Shown: positions 22,601 through 36,433, counted from the stretch's first letter. The stretch: DNA of 64,000 nt from an uncultured Thermoleophilia bacterium (GCA_963699795.1 CAVOVG010000016.1:86925-150924); one strand, 5' to 3'. Numbers and translations are program-made. The notes: generated by a model from the letters alone, not told the origin.

Positions 22601-24234
22601 CCGAGGAGGTCGCGGAGGCGATGAAGGCGAACCTTCACAAGACGAACACCATCTTCATGATGGCCAGCTCGGGCGCCCGCGGTTCGTTCAACCAGATTCG
22701 ACAGCTCGCCGGCATGCGTGGGCTGATGGCCAATCCGAAGGGCGAGATCATCGAGCGCCCGATCAAGGCCAACTTCATGGAGGGCCTGTCTGTGCTCGAG
22801 TACTTCATCTCGACGCACGGTGCCCGCAAGGGGCTCGCCGACACGGCGCTGCGGACAGCCGACTCCGGCTACCTCACGCGGCGACTCGTCGACGTCTCGC
22901 AGGACGTGATCATTCGCGACCTCGACTGCGGCACGACGGATCACATCACCCTCGCGGCGATGCTCGACGACAAGGAGAACTCCAGCGTCGTCGGTCGTAT
23001 TCTCGCGCTCGATATCTACAAGCCCCTCAAGGACGGAAAGCCGGGCAAGACGCTGTTGGCATCGGCAGGTGACGAGCTGACAATGCCGCTTCTGCGCGAG
23101 GTGCTCGAGGGGCTCGAGGATCACGCCGAGGGGTATCACGTTCCGGTGCGTTCGGCCCTCAAGTGCAAGAGCGAGCATGGCGTGTGTCGCGCCTGCTACG
23201 GCACCTTCCTGGCAACCGGCTACCTCTGCGAGGTAGGCGATGCGGTCGGCATCATCGCGGCTCAGTCGATCGGTGAGCCGGGGACGCAGCTGACGATGCG
23301 CACGTTCCACACGGGCGGCGTCGCAGGCGCCGACATCACTCACGGTCTTCCGCGTGTCGTCGAGATCTTCGAGGCCCGGAACCCGAAGGGTGCGGCGACG
23401 GTGGCCGAGGTGGGAGGCAAGGTCGAGATCGAGGACGCGGACCGCACGATCAAGGTGACGGTCGTCCCGTCGGCGCTCGATGAGAGCGGCGAGCCGATTC
23501 CCGCGAAGGAGTACAGCTTCACGCGCAGGACCCGGTTCCTCGTCACGCACGGCCAGGTCGTCGAGGCGGGTGACCCGCTCAACGAAGGGTCGATCGCCCC
23601 GGCAGAGCTGCTCGCCCTCAAGGGCTCGACCGCAACGGAGCTCTATCTCGTCGGCGAGGTGCAGAAGGTCTACAAGTCGCAGGGCGTCGACATCCACGAC
23701 AAGCACATCGAGCTGATCGTTCGCCAGATGCTCAAGAAGGTACGCGTCGAGAGCGCCGGCGACACGACGCTTCTCCCGGGCCAGTTGGTCGACAAGGCCG
23801 TGCTTGCCCACGCGAACGAGGTTGCCCGTAAGGCGAAGAAGGAACAGGCGACCTTCGAGCCGCTGATCCTCGGAATCACGAAGGCGTCACTCGCCACGGA
23901 ATCGTTCCTCTCGGCCGCGTCGTTCCAGGAGACCACGAAGGTGCTCACGGACGCAGCGATCGAGGGCAAGATCGATCGGCTCCTCGGGCTGAAGGAGAAC
24001 GTGATCATCGGCAAGCTGATTCCCGCCGCGACCGGCTTGAAGAAGTACCGTGGGATCGAGATCGAGCCCGCGGAGCCGTTGCCGTCCTCGATGTTCGCCG
24101 CGGAGGCGCAAGAGTTGCTCGCCGCTCTCGAGGAGATCGGCGACGGCGATATCGATCTGACGACGCTCGGCCTCGGATTCGAGGACGAGCTGCCGGTCGA
24201 GGACGCTCCGCCGGAGGCGACCGAGGAGGGCTAG
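19699..24234 (+). CDS. rpoC: RNA polymerase beta-prime subunit with enlarged N-terminal insert
   Basis: NADFDGD active site, Zn ribbon CYCGK...CERC. Confidence 0.99.
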   Translation: MIDINEFDAIRIGLASSKKIRDWSSGEVTKPETINYRTLKPERDGLFCERIFGPTKDWECYCGKYKRVRYKGIICERCGVEVTRQKVRRERMGHIDLAAPVSHIWFFKGVPSRIGYLLDIAPRELEKVLYFAASIVTAVDNEARAKDLADLEDKVRAESEQINVDRDEHVLAVEDRLARRREYFAAGKEKNFDEDDEFWTRGLNNWAEDQMLPTLEEARQLAGGIFPKLAKSLTTEDGKKIRELVRQTATREDRKLTPREIESVVTAAQEIDEALDPLRAELESATGSKKGAITKHVNKLVDALTTGTELSGEDAEIVANVDAKNLDKAREVGNGLLTDLLREESVGQTVDEVRELAYDLCLLPGAKKDDLDIVAQWALKVREMVQDMDSRRNDAREAAVDGVRRLEETWKLFRELEPKLVVNDEQLFRELKDRFGSPYGFGQYFRGGMGAEAIRDLLRDLDLAEESVTLREVIKTSKGQKQQRGIKRLKVVEAFIKSENKPEWMILEAVPVIPPELRPMVQLDGGRFATSDLNDLYRRVINRNNRLKRLLDLGAPEIIVNNEKRMLQEAVDALFDNGRRGRAVTGPGNRPLKSLSDMLKGKQGRFRQNLLGKRVDYSGRSVIVAGPNLKLHQCGLPKLMALELFKPFIMSRLVERKAVQNIKAAKKHVESMSLDVWDVLEEVIAEHPVLLNRAPTLHRLGIQAFEPILIEGKAIQVHPLVCHAFNADFDGDQMAVHLPLSAEAQAEARILMLSANNILSPAHGRPLATPTQDMVLGAYYLTYCDHELPEATTAEVAKLLGVKGLKRFRSVEEVEFAVESHQVHLQEPIEYRWHDEILLTTPGRVIFNVEIERSLEVAVHSEETVRHTYINRPLSKREIDIFIAELVDLYGAHAVATVLDTIKSLAFRYATNAGITVSKNDIVIPPNKEEILVGYETEVKKLEGEYQRGLMTEEERHERIVAVWTEATEEVAEAMKANLHKTNTIFMMASSGARGSFNQIRQLAGMRGLMANPKGEIIERPIKANFMEGLSVLEYFISTHGARKGLADTALRTADSGYLTRRLVDVSQDVIIRDLDCGTTDHITLAAMLDDKENSSVVGRILALDIYKPLKDGKPGKTLLASAGDELTMPLLREVLEGLEDHAEGYHVPVRSALKCKSEHGVCRACYGTFLATGYLCEVGDAVGIIAAQSIGEPGTQLTMRTFHTGGVAGADITHGLPRVVEIFEARNPKGAATVAEVGGKVEIEDADRTIKVTVVPSALDESGEPIPAKEYSFTRRTRFLVTHGQVVEAGDPLNEGSIAPAELLALKGSTATELYLVGEVQKVYKSQGVDIHDKHIELIVRQMLKKVRVESAGDTTLLPGQLVDKAVLAHANEVARKAKKEQATFEPLILGITKASLATESFLSAASFQETTKVLTDAAIEGKIDRLLGLKENVIIGKLIPAATGLKKYRGIEIEPAEPLPSSMFAAEAQELLAALEEIGDGDIDLTTLGLGFEDELPVEDAPPEATEEG

Positions 24235-24292
24235 GACGCGGCCTCGGCTTAACGAACCCCGGGAGAGGCTGAAGGTCGCTCCGAAGGTCAGA

Positions 24293-24334
24293 AAGGGAGT
24301 CCACCTGCTCGCAGGTGGACTCCCTTCGCTCTTT
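24293..24334. terminator. Likely bidirectional terminator after rpoC
   Basis: 16-bp inverted repeat AAGGGAGTCCACCTGC-tc-GCAGGTGGACTCCCTT between convergent genes. Confidence 0.8.
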
Positions 24335-24335
24335 G

Positions 24336-25440
24336 TTACGCCGCCGACCCCTTTCCCGCATGTTTCGCACGGCGGAGCGCTCGCTCGGCCCGCTCGAAGA
24401 GGGAGACGCCATCGTCGTCCGGCTTGAGCTCGGCGATCCCGGCTGACACGCTCGGGGCGGAGCCCAGGGGATGCGGGCCGCGCTGAAGCGAGGCCTGTAC
24501 GCGTGCAAACGTGGACTCTGCCTCGATCCGGCCGGAGTCCGGCATGACGACGGCGAACTCATCGCCACCGGAGCGGAAGACGCGGTCGCCAGGGCCAAGC
24601 GTGTCGCGAAGGAGCGTCGCGATCTCGGCGAGAAGTCCATCAGCCGTCTGAAGGCCGAGTCGCTACGTTCGCCGTCTCGAGATCATCCGCGTCGATCACG
24701 CAGAGGGTCAGGCTCCGTCCGCTTCGGTGAGCACGAGCGACCTCGAGCGCCAGCGTCTCGTGGAGCATCTGTCGGTTCGGGAGGCCCGTGAGCGCGTCCG
24801 TCGCCGGCAACGGACGAGAGGCGTTGCGACGCGCCCGCTCGATCGCGGGTCCTGCGGCGTGCGCGATCGCCTCGAGCGTCTGGAACTCCGGCCCTGCGAC
24901 CGGAGGCTCCTCCTCACGCCCGAAGACCGTCAGGAACCCCAGGCGGCTCTCCTCGGATTCGATCGGCACAGCGACCGCCGAGAGCATCACACCGGTCTCC
25001 CCGGGCGCGTCTCGGTAGTGGTACGAAAGGCCCACAGCTCGTACAGCCGCACCTCCCGGAGGGCCGGTCATGGCCCCGAGTGGTTCCGGATCGACGCCGA
25101 CGGCGGCGACCATGGGGACACCGTCGACAACCACGGTGATCGTCGCGGCGGCGACATCGGGGAGGGACGAGGCCGCCTCGGCGCACCGCGCCAGGATCTC
25201 GTCGAGATCGAGTGTTCCTGTCAGAGACTCGAAGACACGGGCACGCAGACCATCCTCCCGGACCGTCTCCACAGCCTGGGCAAGCTCGATCGCGAGGCCG
25301 TCGAGCCGAGAGCTCAGGTCGAGAAGGCTCTGGGTGAACTGCCGCTGTGCTTCGCGGCTCTTCCGGCGAACGTGAAATCCGACGACGATCGCGATGGCGA
25401 GGGCGCCGACGCCGAGGATCGCAAGTGCGGCGGTGCTCAT
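24336..25440 (-). CDS. Membrane-anchored GAF-GGDEF diguanylate cyclase, frameshift near 24650
   Basis: N-terminal TM, TDALTGLPNR in ORF 24640-25440; FRSGGDEFAVVMP and SVSAGIAEL in the frame of 24336-24545. Confidence 0.8.
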
Positions 25441-25489
25441 CGTGATCCGAACCCTACTCCCGTCAACCCGTCACGCCTGCGCCACGCGG

Positions 25490-26596
25490 CTACACGGCTT
25501 CGTCGTCGAACAACTGGTTCTTGCCGAGATCCTTCGCCTGCTTCACGAGTGCCCCTGAGCGTGCCTTCAGGGTCTCCGGCGTGTCGTCGGCGCGCAACTC
25601 CGCGAGTCCTCCAGACATCGTCACTGCGCCGATCGCGCCGAACGGCTCCTCCATCTCCCCCACCAGGCGGCGGTAGAAGCGCCGCGCGAGAGCTCGAGTG
25701 GTGTCGGGCAGGATCACGAAGAACTCGTCGGCCCCACCGGAATTGCGATAGGCGGAGTCGCCTGCGCGAATCGTGTCGAGGACGCGCTTGGCGAACTCGG
25801 TCAGGACGTCGTCGCCGACCTCCTGGGAGTAGTTCCTGTTGATCATTCCGAAATCATCGAGGTCGACCTGGATCAGGCAAAGGGGGCGATTGTGCCGTCG
25901 GACTTCGAGAATCCTGTCGGGCAGCTCCGTGGCGAAGGCGAGCTGGCTCCGAAGACCCGTCCGTGGATCGGTCGCCGCGAGCTCCTTCGCCTCCAGATAG
26001 CGAAATGCATTCCGGATCGCCGGTGTCGCGGAATGCGCGATTGTCGAGAGAAGCGCGACCGCGTCGTCATCGAATGCGTTTGCGTTGCGAGAGAAGACCG
26101 AGAGGGTTCCGCTGGCATCGGGCCCGACCGGGACTACGAGGCCCGTGCGGAGCACGTCGGAGCCGTCCACTGCCCATGAAGTGATCCCCGAGACGAAGGG
26201 CATACCATCGGGTGGGCCGGTCAGGAAGGGCGCCGCCCCCCGCACTACCGATCCCTGAACAGCGATCTCGACCCTGCCGTTCTCGCGCTGCACCCGGATG
26301 GCGCTTCCGTCCACGGCGGGGAGCGCGGCGGCGGCCGCGAGAGTGCGGTGAAGAACCTCGTCGAGCTCGATCGTCGATCCGATCACCTCGAGGGCGACGG
26401 CAGACTCGACCGGACGGCCGGCTGCCGCCTCGATCCTCTCGATCAGCCCGATGAGCCCATCGTTGACTCCCCTGAGCGCCCGCTCGACGTCGACGGGATC
26501 GACGTGAACGGGCCGCCGCAAGGCGAGCCAGAGCGCGACGAGCACGCCGACAACACAGATGGCACCTAGAGCCGCAACGACTTCCGCAGTCGTGAT
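25490..26596 (-). CDS. Membrane-anchored GAF-GGDEF protein with variant GGADEF motif
   Basis: TDPRTGL, VDLDDF, YRNSGGADEFF; TM segment extends upstream of GTG 26545 to ATC 26596 behind a strong SD. Confidence 0.8.
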   Translation of the reverse strand: MTTAEVVAALGAICVVGVLVALWLALRRPVHVDPVDVERALRGVNDGLIGLIERIEAAAGRPVESAVALEVIGSTIELDEVLHRTLAAAAALPAVDGSAIRVQRENGRVEIAVQGSVVRGAAPFLTGPPDGMPFVSGITSWAVDGSDVLRTGLVVPVGPDASGTLSVFSRNANAFDDDAVALLSTIAHSATPAIRNAFRYLEAKELAATDPRTGLRSQLAFATELPDRILEVRRHNRPLCLIQVDLDDFGMINRNYSQEVGDDVLTEFAKRVLDTIRAGDSAYRNSGGADEFFVILPDTTRALARRFYRRLVGEMEEPFGAIGAVTMSGGLAELRADDTPETLKARSGALVKQAKDLGKNQLFDDEAV

Positions 26597-26672
26597 TCCT
26601 CTCCCTTCCCCTGAGTCAACTCTACGCGGGAACGAGGCATCTGTATACGGGCACGTGCGACGGCATCACCTC

Positions 26673-26702
26673 TTGCCGGACCGGACTGTCGTCAGCTACA
26701 CT
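26673..26702 (+). promoter_or_regulatory. SigA-type promoter of the str operon
   Basis: TTGCCG-N18-TACACT upstream of rpsL. Confidence 0.6.
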
Positions 26703-26785
26703 GGCCGTCCGCAGGTGGCGGGTGCAACCCCTGCCGCGTATGTGTGTGTTCTTTGTCTGTCTTTACCAGGAGCGTTAGGAGCAGC

Positions 26786-27160
26786 GTGCCCACCGTCAAT
26801 CAGCTCGTCCGCAAAGGCCGCAAGGCCCCAGTGGCCAAGACGAACACCCCGGCCCTCCGCGGCGCGCCGCAGAAGCGGGGGGTTTGCACGCGTGTCTACA
26901 CCACCACCCCGAAGAAGCCGAACTCGGCGCTGCGGAAGGTCGCGCGCGTCCGGCTCACGAACGGGATGGAGGTGGGCGTCTACATCCCGGGCGAGGGGCA
27001 CAATCTGCAGGAGCACTCCGTCGTTCTCATCCGTGGCGGCCGCGTCAAGGACCTCCCTGGCTTCCGCTACAAGGTGATCCGCGGGGGACTCGACACGTCG
27101 GGCGTCTCCGACCGCCGCCAGGGCCGGTCGAAGTACGGCGCGAAGAAGGGCTCGAGCTAG
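26786..27160 (+). CDS. rpsL: 30S ribosomal protein S12
   Basis: [16 protein letters not shown]; GTG start after AGGAG. Confidence 0.98.
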   Translation: MPTVNQLVRKGRKAPVAKTNTPALRGAPQKRGVCTRVYTTTPKKPNSALRKVARVRLTNGMEVGVYIPGEGHNLQEHSVVLIRGGRVKDLPGFRYKVIRGGLDTSGVSDRRQGRSKYGAKKGSS

Positions 27161-27285
27161 TGCCTCTCTTCGGAACATCGCCTCGGCTTGCCCCGCTGGA
27201 TAGTGCCGCGTCCGCTCGCTCCCGGAATGGCCATGCGCCCGTCCCCTACGGGTCGGCCGTCCACGGTTTCGGGGTGGTGCGCTAG
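27160..27285 (+). repeat. Coupling-ORF hairpin element, 126-nt form (rpsL-rpsG)
   Basis: TAGTG...TAGTG; 41-aa ORF MPLFGTSPRLAPLDSAASARSRNGHAPVPYGSAVHGFGVVR; ends base-pair; 5' 18 nt match the 165-nt family at 14 positions. Confidence 0.75.
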
Positions 27286-27755
27286 TGCCACGTCGAGCAG
27301 AGATCCAGCCGCGCCAGCTCGAGCCAGACTCCGTTTACTCGTCGGTGCTCGTTACGCAGGTCATCAACTGCGTGATGCTCGACGGCAAGAAGTCGACGGC
27401 CGAGCGGATCGTCTATGACGCCCTCGCACTTGCCTCCGAGAAGACCGGCAAGCCCGCACTCGAGATCCTCGAAGGCGCCGTCAAGTCCGTGACGCCAGTG
27501 CTCGAGGTTCGCTCGCGTCGCGTCGGTGGTGCCAACTACCAGGTGCCGATCGAGGTTCCGCAGCGGCGGGCCCGCACCCTTGCGATCCGCTGGATCGTGC
27601 AGTTCGCGCGTGATCGGCGAGAGAAGCACATGGGTGACAAGCTCGCCGGCGAGTTGATGGACGCGCTGAACCAGCAGGGCGGGGCGTACAAGAAGAAGGA
27701 CGACATCTACCGGATGGCGCAGGCCAACAAGGCCTTCGCTCATTACCGCTGGTAG
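27285..27755 (+). CDS. rpsG: 30S ribosomal protein S7
   Basis: [24 protein letters not shown]. Confidence 0.98.
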   Translation: MPRRAEIQPRQLEPDSVYSSVLVTQVINCVMLDGKKSTAERIVYDALALASEKTGKPALEILEGAVKSVTPVLEVRSRRVGGANYQVPIEVPQRRARTLAIRWIVQFARDRREKHMGDKLAGELMDALNQQGGAYKKKDDIYRMAQANKAFAHYRW

Positions 27756-27768
27756 AGGTACGGCAACG

Positions 27769-29862
<2,094 letters not shown>

Positions 29863-29877
29863 GAAGGAGATTGCAGG

Positions 29878-31064
<1,187 letters not shown>

Positions 31065-31068
<4 letters not shown>

Positions 31069-31124
31069 GAGAGAGGCTCCGCCTCTCTCCTACTTGCGTA
31101 GGGGAGGGGCGGCCTGCCTCTCCC
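31065..31124 (+). repeat. Two tandem GTAG-type REP-like hairpins between tuf and rpsJ
   Basis: GTAGGAGAGAGGC-tcc-GCCTCTCTCCTAC and GTAGGGGAGGGGC-ggcct-GCCTCTCCC. Confidence 0.7.
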
Positions 31125-31151
31125 GCTTGCGAGAGAGAAGAGACCAGACAC

Positions 31152-31460
31152 ATGGCGCAACAAAAAATCCGCATTCGGCTCAAGGGCTACGACCACCAGC
31201 AGCTCGACCGCTCGGCGTCGCAGATCGTCGAGACGGCGCAGCGCACGGGTGCGACGATCACCGGCCCGGTGCCTCTGCCCACCGAGAAGAACGTGTACTG
31301 CGTGATCCGCAGCCCCTTCAAGGACAAGGACTCGCGCGAGCACTTCGAGGTTCGCACGCACAAGCGCCTGATCGACATCCACAGCCCCACGCCGAAGACG
31401 GTCGACTCGCTGATGCGCCTCGATCTTCCCGCCGGCATCGACATCGAGATCAAGCTCTAG
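31152..31460 (+). CDS. rpsJ: 30S ribosomal protein S10
   Basis: [26 protein letters not shown]. Confidence 0.98.
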   Translation: MAQQKIRIRLKGYDHQQLDRSASQIVETAQRTGATITGPVPLPTEKNVYCVIRSPFKDKDSREHFEVRTHKRLIDIHSPTPKTVDSLMRLDLPAGIDIEIKL

Positions 31461-31467
31461 GTTTGTG

Positions 31468-32085
31468 ATGAAAGGCATCCTTGGCAGAAAGCTGGGCATG
31501 ACCCAGATCTTCGATCCCGAAAGCGGTGGCGTTACCGCCGTCACGGTCATCGAGGCCGGCCCGTGCCCGGTGACGCACGTCCGTGACACGAGCGCCGACG
31601 GCTACGCGGCGGTGCAGCTCGCCTATGAACCCGTTGCCGACCGCAAGATCACGAAGGGCGAGATCGGCCACCTGAAGAAGTCCGGAGCATCGGCCCATCG
31701 GCACCTCGTCGAGTTCCGTGGCGAGAGCGAGCTCGAGGTCGGCGACACCGTGACCGTCGAGGCATTCCAGCCGGGCGACTCGATCAAGGTCGCCGGTACG
31801 TCGATCGGTAAGGGCTTCGCCGGCACGATCAAGCGCCACAACTTCAAGCGCGGCCCGGTTTCCCACGGCTCTCACAACGTTCGCGCACCGGGCTCGATCG
31901 GCGCGTCCGCGACACCGTCGCGCGTGTTCCGGGGGCAGAAGATGTCCGGTCGGATGGGCGGCAAGCGCGTCACCCAGCTCGGGCTGGTCGTTCACGACGT
32001 GGATATCGAGCGCAACCTGCTCCTCGTCAAGGGTGCCGTTCCAGGCCCGACGAGTGGCATCGTCGAGATTAGGAGCACCGACTGA
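31468..32085 (+). CDS. rplC: 50S ribosomal protein L3
   Basis: GKGFAGTIKRHNF. Confidence 0.98.
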   Translation: MKGILGRKLGMTQIFDPESGGVTAVTVIEAGPCPVTHVRDTSADGYAAVQLAYEPVADRKITKGEIGHLKKSGASAHRHLVEFRGESELEVGDTVTVEAFQPGDSIKVAGTSIGKGFAGTIKRHNFKRGPVSHGSHNVRAPGSIGASATPSRVFRGQKMSGRMGGKRVTQLGLVVHDVDIERNLLLVKGAVPGPTSGIVEIRSTD

Positions 32086-32708
32086 TGGCAGCGCTGAAGG
32101 CAGACGTTCTCGGCGGCTCGGCCGCCAAGTCAGCAACGCTCGGGGAGGCCGTCTTCGGCGCCGAGCTCAAGCGGCACATCGTGCACGAGGTCGTGCGCGC
32201 CGAGCTGAATGCTCATCGCGCAGGCACACGTGGCGCGAAGACCCGGGGAATGGTTGCCGGAGGACGCGCGAAGCCGTGGCGCCAGAAGGGCACCGGCCGC
32301 GCGCGCCAGGGCACGATCCGCGCGCCCCACTTCACGGGCGGCGGCGTCGCGTTCGCGCCCGGCATGCGCAGCTTCGATGTCAAGGTCAACCGCAAGGTGC
32401 GCCGTGCCGCTCTCGCGGGCGCGCTTTCCAACCACGTCGGCAACGGGACGCTCGCGCTCGTCGACGGCGGCGCTTTCGAGACGCCCTCCACGAAGCAGGC
32501 CAGATCGCTGATCGAGAAGTGGGGCAAGGAGACGCCGCTCGTCGTCGTCGCGCACGAGGATGAGATAGGGCTGATCAAGTCGTTCCGCAACCTCGACCGT
32601 GTCCTCGTCACCGTTCCGTCCGAGCTCGAGGTCGCCCCGATCGTCTGGGCGCGCTCCGTCCTCGTGAGCGAGGCCGCACTCCCGCTCGTCGAAGGGAAGG
32701 CATCATGA
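32085..32708 (+). CDS. rplD: 50S ribosomal protein L4
   Basis: KPWRQKGTGRARQG. Confidence 0.98.
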   Translation: MAALKADVLGGSAAKSATLGEAVFGAELKRHIVHEVVRAELNAHRAGTRGAKTRGMVAGGRAKPWRQKGTGRARQGTIRAPHFTGGGVAFAPGMRSFDVKVNRKVRRAALAGALSNHVGNGTLALVDGGAFETPSTKQARSLIEKWGKETPLVVVAHEDEIGLIKSFRNLDRVLVTVPSELEVAPIVWARSVLVSEAALPLVEGKAS

Positions 32709-32995
32709 ACGCCGCTGACGTTCTCATCGCGCCCGTCGTCTCCGAGAAGAGCTACTCGGGCCTCGCCGACCGCAAGTACACGTTCAAGGTGCATCAGGAT
32801 GCCCACAAGACGCAGGTGCGCCAGGCCGTCGAGCAGCTCTTCGGCGTCAAGGTGCAGAGTGTCCACATGATCAAGGTGGCCGCCAAGCCCAAGCGTCGCG
32901 GCGTATTCAATGGCGTCCGGCCGAGCTGGAAGAAGGCCATCGTGCAGTTGCGCGAAGGCGAGTCCATCGAGATCTTCGAAGGGGCACAGGTCTAG
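32705..32995 (+). CDS. rplW: 50S ribosomal protein L23
   Basis: PVVSEKS, WKKAIV. Confidence 0.97.
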   Translation: MNAADVLIAPVVSEKSYSGLADRKYTFKVHQDAHKTQVRQAVEQLFGVKVQSVHMIKVAAKPKRRGVFNGVRPSWKKAIVQLREGESIEIFEGAQV

Positions 32996-33159
32996 TGGCT
33001 CTCCTGGCAACAGCCAGCGCGTCTCTGGCGCGCGATCCGCGGCGCATTGCGTCGTCCTCGGTCGCATCCAGGCGAGCCCGCCTGAATGTTCCCTGCGTCC
33101 TCGCACTGCTTGCGTCTCGCACCCCAGAGACGCGAGACCGTCACCAGGAGAACCACTAA
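32995..33159 (+). repeat. Coupling-ORF hairpin element, 165-nt copy 1 (rplW-rplB)
   Basis: TAGTG...TAATG; 54-aa [57 protein letters not shown]; terminal inverted repeat GTGGCTCTCCTGG/CCAGGAGAACCAC flanked by TA. Confidence 0.9.
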
Positions 33160-34001
33160 TGGCAGTGAAGAAATACAAGCCGACGAGCCCGGGACGTCGC
33201 TTCATGGCGGTCTCGTCCTTCGAGGACGTGACCAAGAAGACTCCCGAGAAGTCACTCACCGAGCCGCTCAAGAAGACCGGCGGCCGAAACAACAACGGTC
33301 GCATCACCACGCGCCACCAGGGCGGCGGCCACAAGAGGATGTACCGCGTGATCGATTTCAAGCGCCTCAAGGACGGCGTGCCCGCCAAGGTCGCCGCGAT
33401 CGAGTACGACCCCAACCGGTCGGCCCGCATCGCCCTGCTCCACTACGCCGACGGCGCCAAGGCATACATCGTCGCGCCGCAGGGTCTTCGGGTCGGCACG
33501 TCGGTCGAGTCCGGGCCAACCGCGGACATCAAGATCGGCAATGCCCTTCCTCTCGAGAACATCCCGACCGGAACACTCGTCCACAATGTCGAGCTGAAGC
33601 CTGGCCAGGGCGCCAAGATGGCGCGCTCGGCCGGTGCAGGTGTGCAGCTCGTCGCCAAGGACCAGGGGCACGGCGTCCTGCGCCTCCCGTCCGGCGAGAT
33701 GCGTCGCGTTCTCCTCACGTGCCGCGCCACCGTGGGCCAGGTCGGAAACTCCGACCATGCCAATGAGCAGTCAGGCAAGGCGGGCCGCAGCCGCTGGCTC
33801 GGCAAGCGTCCCGCCGTTCGCGGCTCGGCCATGAACCCGGTCGACCATCCGCACGGCGGTGGTGAGGGTAAGTCCAAGGGCGGTCGCCACCCCGTGACGC
33901 CGTGGGGTGTGCCGACCCTCGGCAAGCGCACCCGCCAGAAGCACAAGGCATCCGACAAGCTGATCGTCCGCGGCCGTCGTCGCGGCAAGGAAAGGCGCTA
34001 A
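33159..34001 (+). CDS. rplB: 50S ribosomal protein L2
   Basis: [27 protein letters not shown]. Confidence 0.98.
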   Translation: MAVKKYKPTSPGRRFMAVSSFEDVTKKTPEKSLTEPLKKTGGRNNNGRITTRHQGGGHKRMYRVIDFKRLKDGVPAKVAAIEYDPNRSARIALLHYADGAKAYIVAPQGLRVGTSVESGPTADIKIGNALPLENIPTGTLVHNVELKPGQGAKMARSAGAGVQLVAKDQGHGVLRLPSGEMRRVLLTCRATVGQVGNSDHANEQSGKAGRSRWLGKRPAVRGSAMNPVDHPHGGGEGKSKGGRHPVTPWGVPTLGKRTRQKHKASDKLIVRGRRRGKERR

Positions 34002-34007
34002 CCGCAT

Positions 34008-34292
34008 ATGTCCAGATCATCGAAGAAGGGGCCTTTCATCGACGACCGGCTGCTGAGTCGGATCGAGGCGATGAACGCCACGAACGAGAAGCGGATGATC
34101 CGCACGTGGTCGCGCAGCTCCACCGTGTTCCCCGACATGGTCGGCCACACGATCGCCGTCCACGACGGTCGCAAGCACGTGCCGGTGTTCGTCAGCGAGC
34201 AAATGGTCGGGCACAAGCTCGGGGAGTTCGCGCCGACGCGAACCTTCCGTGGCCATGCCGGCGACAACAAGACCCAGGTGAAGAAGCGCTAG
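34008..34292 (+). CDS. rpsS: 30S ribosomal protein S19
   Basis: [13 protein letters not shown]. Confidence 0.98.
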   Translation: MSRSSKKGPFIDDRLLSRIEAMNATNEKRMIRTWSRSSTVFPDMVGHTIAVHDGRKHVPVFVSEQMVGHKLGEFAPTRTFRGHAGDNKTQVKKR

Positions 34293-34795
34293 TGGCCGCT
34301 GTACAGACATCCACGCCTATCCAGTCGCGCGCCGAGGCGAAGTACGTTCGCCTCTCGGCACGGAAGGCGCGCCTCGTGCTCGACCACATCCGTGGGCGCA
34401 GCGTGCCCGAGGCACGCACGATCCTCGCGTTCACGCCGCGTGCTGCGGCCGTGGATATCGAGAAGGTGCTCCGTTCGGCGGTTGCCAACGCCGAGTCCGC
34501 ACATGCCCTCGACGGCGACGAGCTCATCGTGCTTGCCGCCTACGCGGATGAAGGCCCGACGCTGAAGCGCTGGCGCGCGCGCGCCCGCGGCCGCGTCAAT
34601 CGCATTCGTAAGCGCACATGCCATATCACCCTGATCGTCAGCGAGAACCCCAAAGCGACGGCGCGGCCGAAGCGTTCGGCCGAAAAGCCCGCCTCGACCG
34701 ACGCACCGGTCGCGAAGACCCCCGCTGACGACGAGAAGCCGAAGCCGAGCCCGAAGAAGCGAGCACCGGCGAAGAAGAAGGAGGCGACGGTCTAA
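34292..34795 (+). CDS. rplV: 50S ribosomal protein L22 with Lys/Pro/Ala-rich tail
   Basis: [24 protein letters not shown]; TAGTG overlap with rpsS. Confidence 0.97.
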   Translation: MAAVQTSTPIQSRAEAKYVRLSARKARLVLDHIRGRSVPEARTILAFTPRAAAVDIEKVLRSAVANAESAHALDGDELIVLAAYADEGPTLKRWRARARGRVNRIRKRTCHITLIVSENPKATARPKRSAEKPASTDAPVAKTPADDEKPKPSPKKRAPAKKKEATV

Positions 34796-35817
34796 TGGGC
34801 CAGAAGATCCATCCTGGCGGCCTGCGCGTCGGTGTCATCCACGACTGGAAGTCGAACTGGTACACCAGCAAGAAGGAGTTCGCCAGCTACATCCTCGAGG
34901 ATGTCCGCATCCGCGAGCACATCAACGGGAAGCTCTCCCACGCCGGCCTGTCCGACATCCTGATCCGGAAGGACAAGCAGCGGATCACGGTCGACATCTA
35001 CACGGCCCGCCCCGGGATCGTGATCGGCAAGTCAGGAGTCGAGGTCGATGCGCTCCGGAAGGAGCTGCACGCGATCACCGGCAAGTCCGTCCACATCAAC
35101 ATCAACGAGATCAAGCGGCCCGAGCTCGACGCGCAGCTCGTCGCGCAGTCCATCGCGGAGCAGCTCCAGAATCGTGTCTCGTTCCGGCGCGCCATGAAGC
35201 GAGCTCTTGCCTCTGCGATGCGTTCCGGTGCTCAGGGCATCAAGATCCAGTGCGGTGGACGGCTCGGCGGCGGCGAGATGAGCCGTGTCGAGCGCTACAC
35301 CGAGGGTCGCGTTCCGCTGCACACGATTCGCGCCGATATCGACTACGGCTTCGCCGAGGCCAGAACGACGTTCGGCCGGATCGGAGTCAAGGTCTGGGTC
35401 AACAAGGGCGAGATCATGCCGGAGGGCTATGAAGGCACCTCCACGGGCAAGGAGACGCGGCTCGGCGATCAGGATCAGGCGCGTCGTAAGCGTGGCGGAG
35501 CCGCGGAGGGCCTTGGCGCCTCGCGCGAGAGCGGTCGCGGCCGGAGTCAGGATCGCGAGGGACTGGGTCTCGTCAAGAAGGGCCGTCGCGGCCCCGGTGG
35601 CGCACCCGGCGGTGGCGGTCGTCCGCCCGGCGGCGGCCGCGGCTCGCGTCCCGGTGGTCAGGGCGGTCGTCCCGCGGCCGGACAAGAGGGTGGCTCGCGG
35701 CCGCCGCAGCGCGCTTCTCGGCCGCCCCGTCAGGCAGAGCAGAATGCTCCCGAGAAGACGGATGCTCCGAAGCCCGACGTGACGCCCGAGACGCCGCCAG
35801 AGGGGACTGACGCCTGA
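34795..35817 (+). CDS. rpsC: 30S ribosomal protein S3 with long Gly/Arg-rich tail
   Basis: [29 protein letters not shown]. Confidence 0.98.
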   Translation: MGQKIHPGGLRVGVIHDWKSNWYTSKKEFASYILEDVRIREHINGKLSHAGLSDILIRKDKQRITVDIYTARPGIVIGKSGVEVDALRKELHAITGKSVHININEIKRPELDAQLVAQSIAEQLQNRVSFRRAMKRALASAMRSGAQGIKIQCGGRLGGGEMSRVERYTEGRVPLHTIRADIDYGFAEARTTFGRIGVKVWVNKGEIMPEGYEGTSTGKETRLGDQDQARRKRGGAAEGLGASRESGRGRSQDREGLGLVKKGRRGPGGAPGGGGRPPGGGRGSRPGGQGGRPAAGQEGGSRPPQRASRPPRQAEQNAPEKTDAPKPDVTPETPPEGTDA

Positions 35818-36242
35818 TGCTGCTACCCAAGAAGACCAAGTACCGCAAGCACCATCGCGGCCGCCGGTACGGCTTTGCGAAGGGGCAAACGACCGTGCAG
35901 TTCGGCGACTACGGGATCAAGGCGCTCGAGGACGGCTGGATCACCAACCGGCAGATCGAGGCGGCCCGAATTGCGATGACCCGCAAGATTCGCCGCGGCG
36001 GCAAGGTCTGGATCAACATCTTCCCGGACAAGCCGTTTACCAAGAAGCCCGCCGAGACGCGGATGGGATCGGGGAAGGGCTCGCCGGAGGGTTGGGTCGC
36101 TGTCGTCAAGCCCGGGCGGGTGCTGTTCGAGCTCGCCGGCGTCGATGAGGCTCTCGCTCGTGAGGCACTTCGCCTCGCGGCCCAGAAGCTTCCATTGAAA
36201 GTGAAGTTCGTGAGGCGGGAGGCTGATCTCTTTGAAAGCTAG
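35817..36242 (+). CDS. rplP: 50S ribosomal protein L16
   Basis: [12 protein letters not shown]. Confidence 0.98.
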   Translation: MLLPKKTKYRKHHRGRRYGFAKGQTTVQFGDYGIKALEDGWITNRQIEAARIAMTRKIRRGGKVWINIFPDKPFTKKPAETRMGSGKGSPEGWVAVVKPGRVLFELAGVDEALAREALRLAAQKLPLKVKFVRREADLFES

Positions 36243-36432
36243 CCAGCTACGTGACATGACGGACGAGGAGCTCGAGGAGAAGATGGCTGCAACCCGCAAG
36301 GAGCTCTTCAATCTCCGCTTCCAGTCGGCGACCGGCGCGCTCGAGAACAGCGCTCGGCTGCAGTCGGCAAAGCGTGAGATCGCCCGCATCCTGACCGTGA
36401 AGACCGAGCGTGAACGACTGGGGAAGATCTGA
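36232..36432 (+). CDS. rpmC: 50S ribosomal protein L29
   Basis: [16 protein letters not shown]; TTG start. Confidence 0.96.
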   Translation: MKASQLRDMTDEELEEKMAATRKELFNLRFQSATGALENSARLQSAKREIARILTVKTERERLGKI

Positions 36433-36433
36433 G

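Noticed and set aside
24255-24295. GGGAGAG...CCGAAGG resembling a glycine riboswitch
   Set aside because: Lacks the CUCUCAGG half and lies between convergent genes
32910-33158. Apparent 83-aa N-terminal extension of L2 in the ORF track
   Set aside because: It is an alternative frame through rplW and the 165-nt element; the equivalent frame is closed by TAG in copy 2, and the true start ATG 33159 has its own SD
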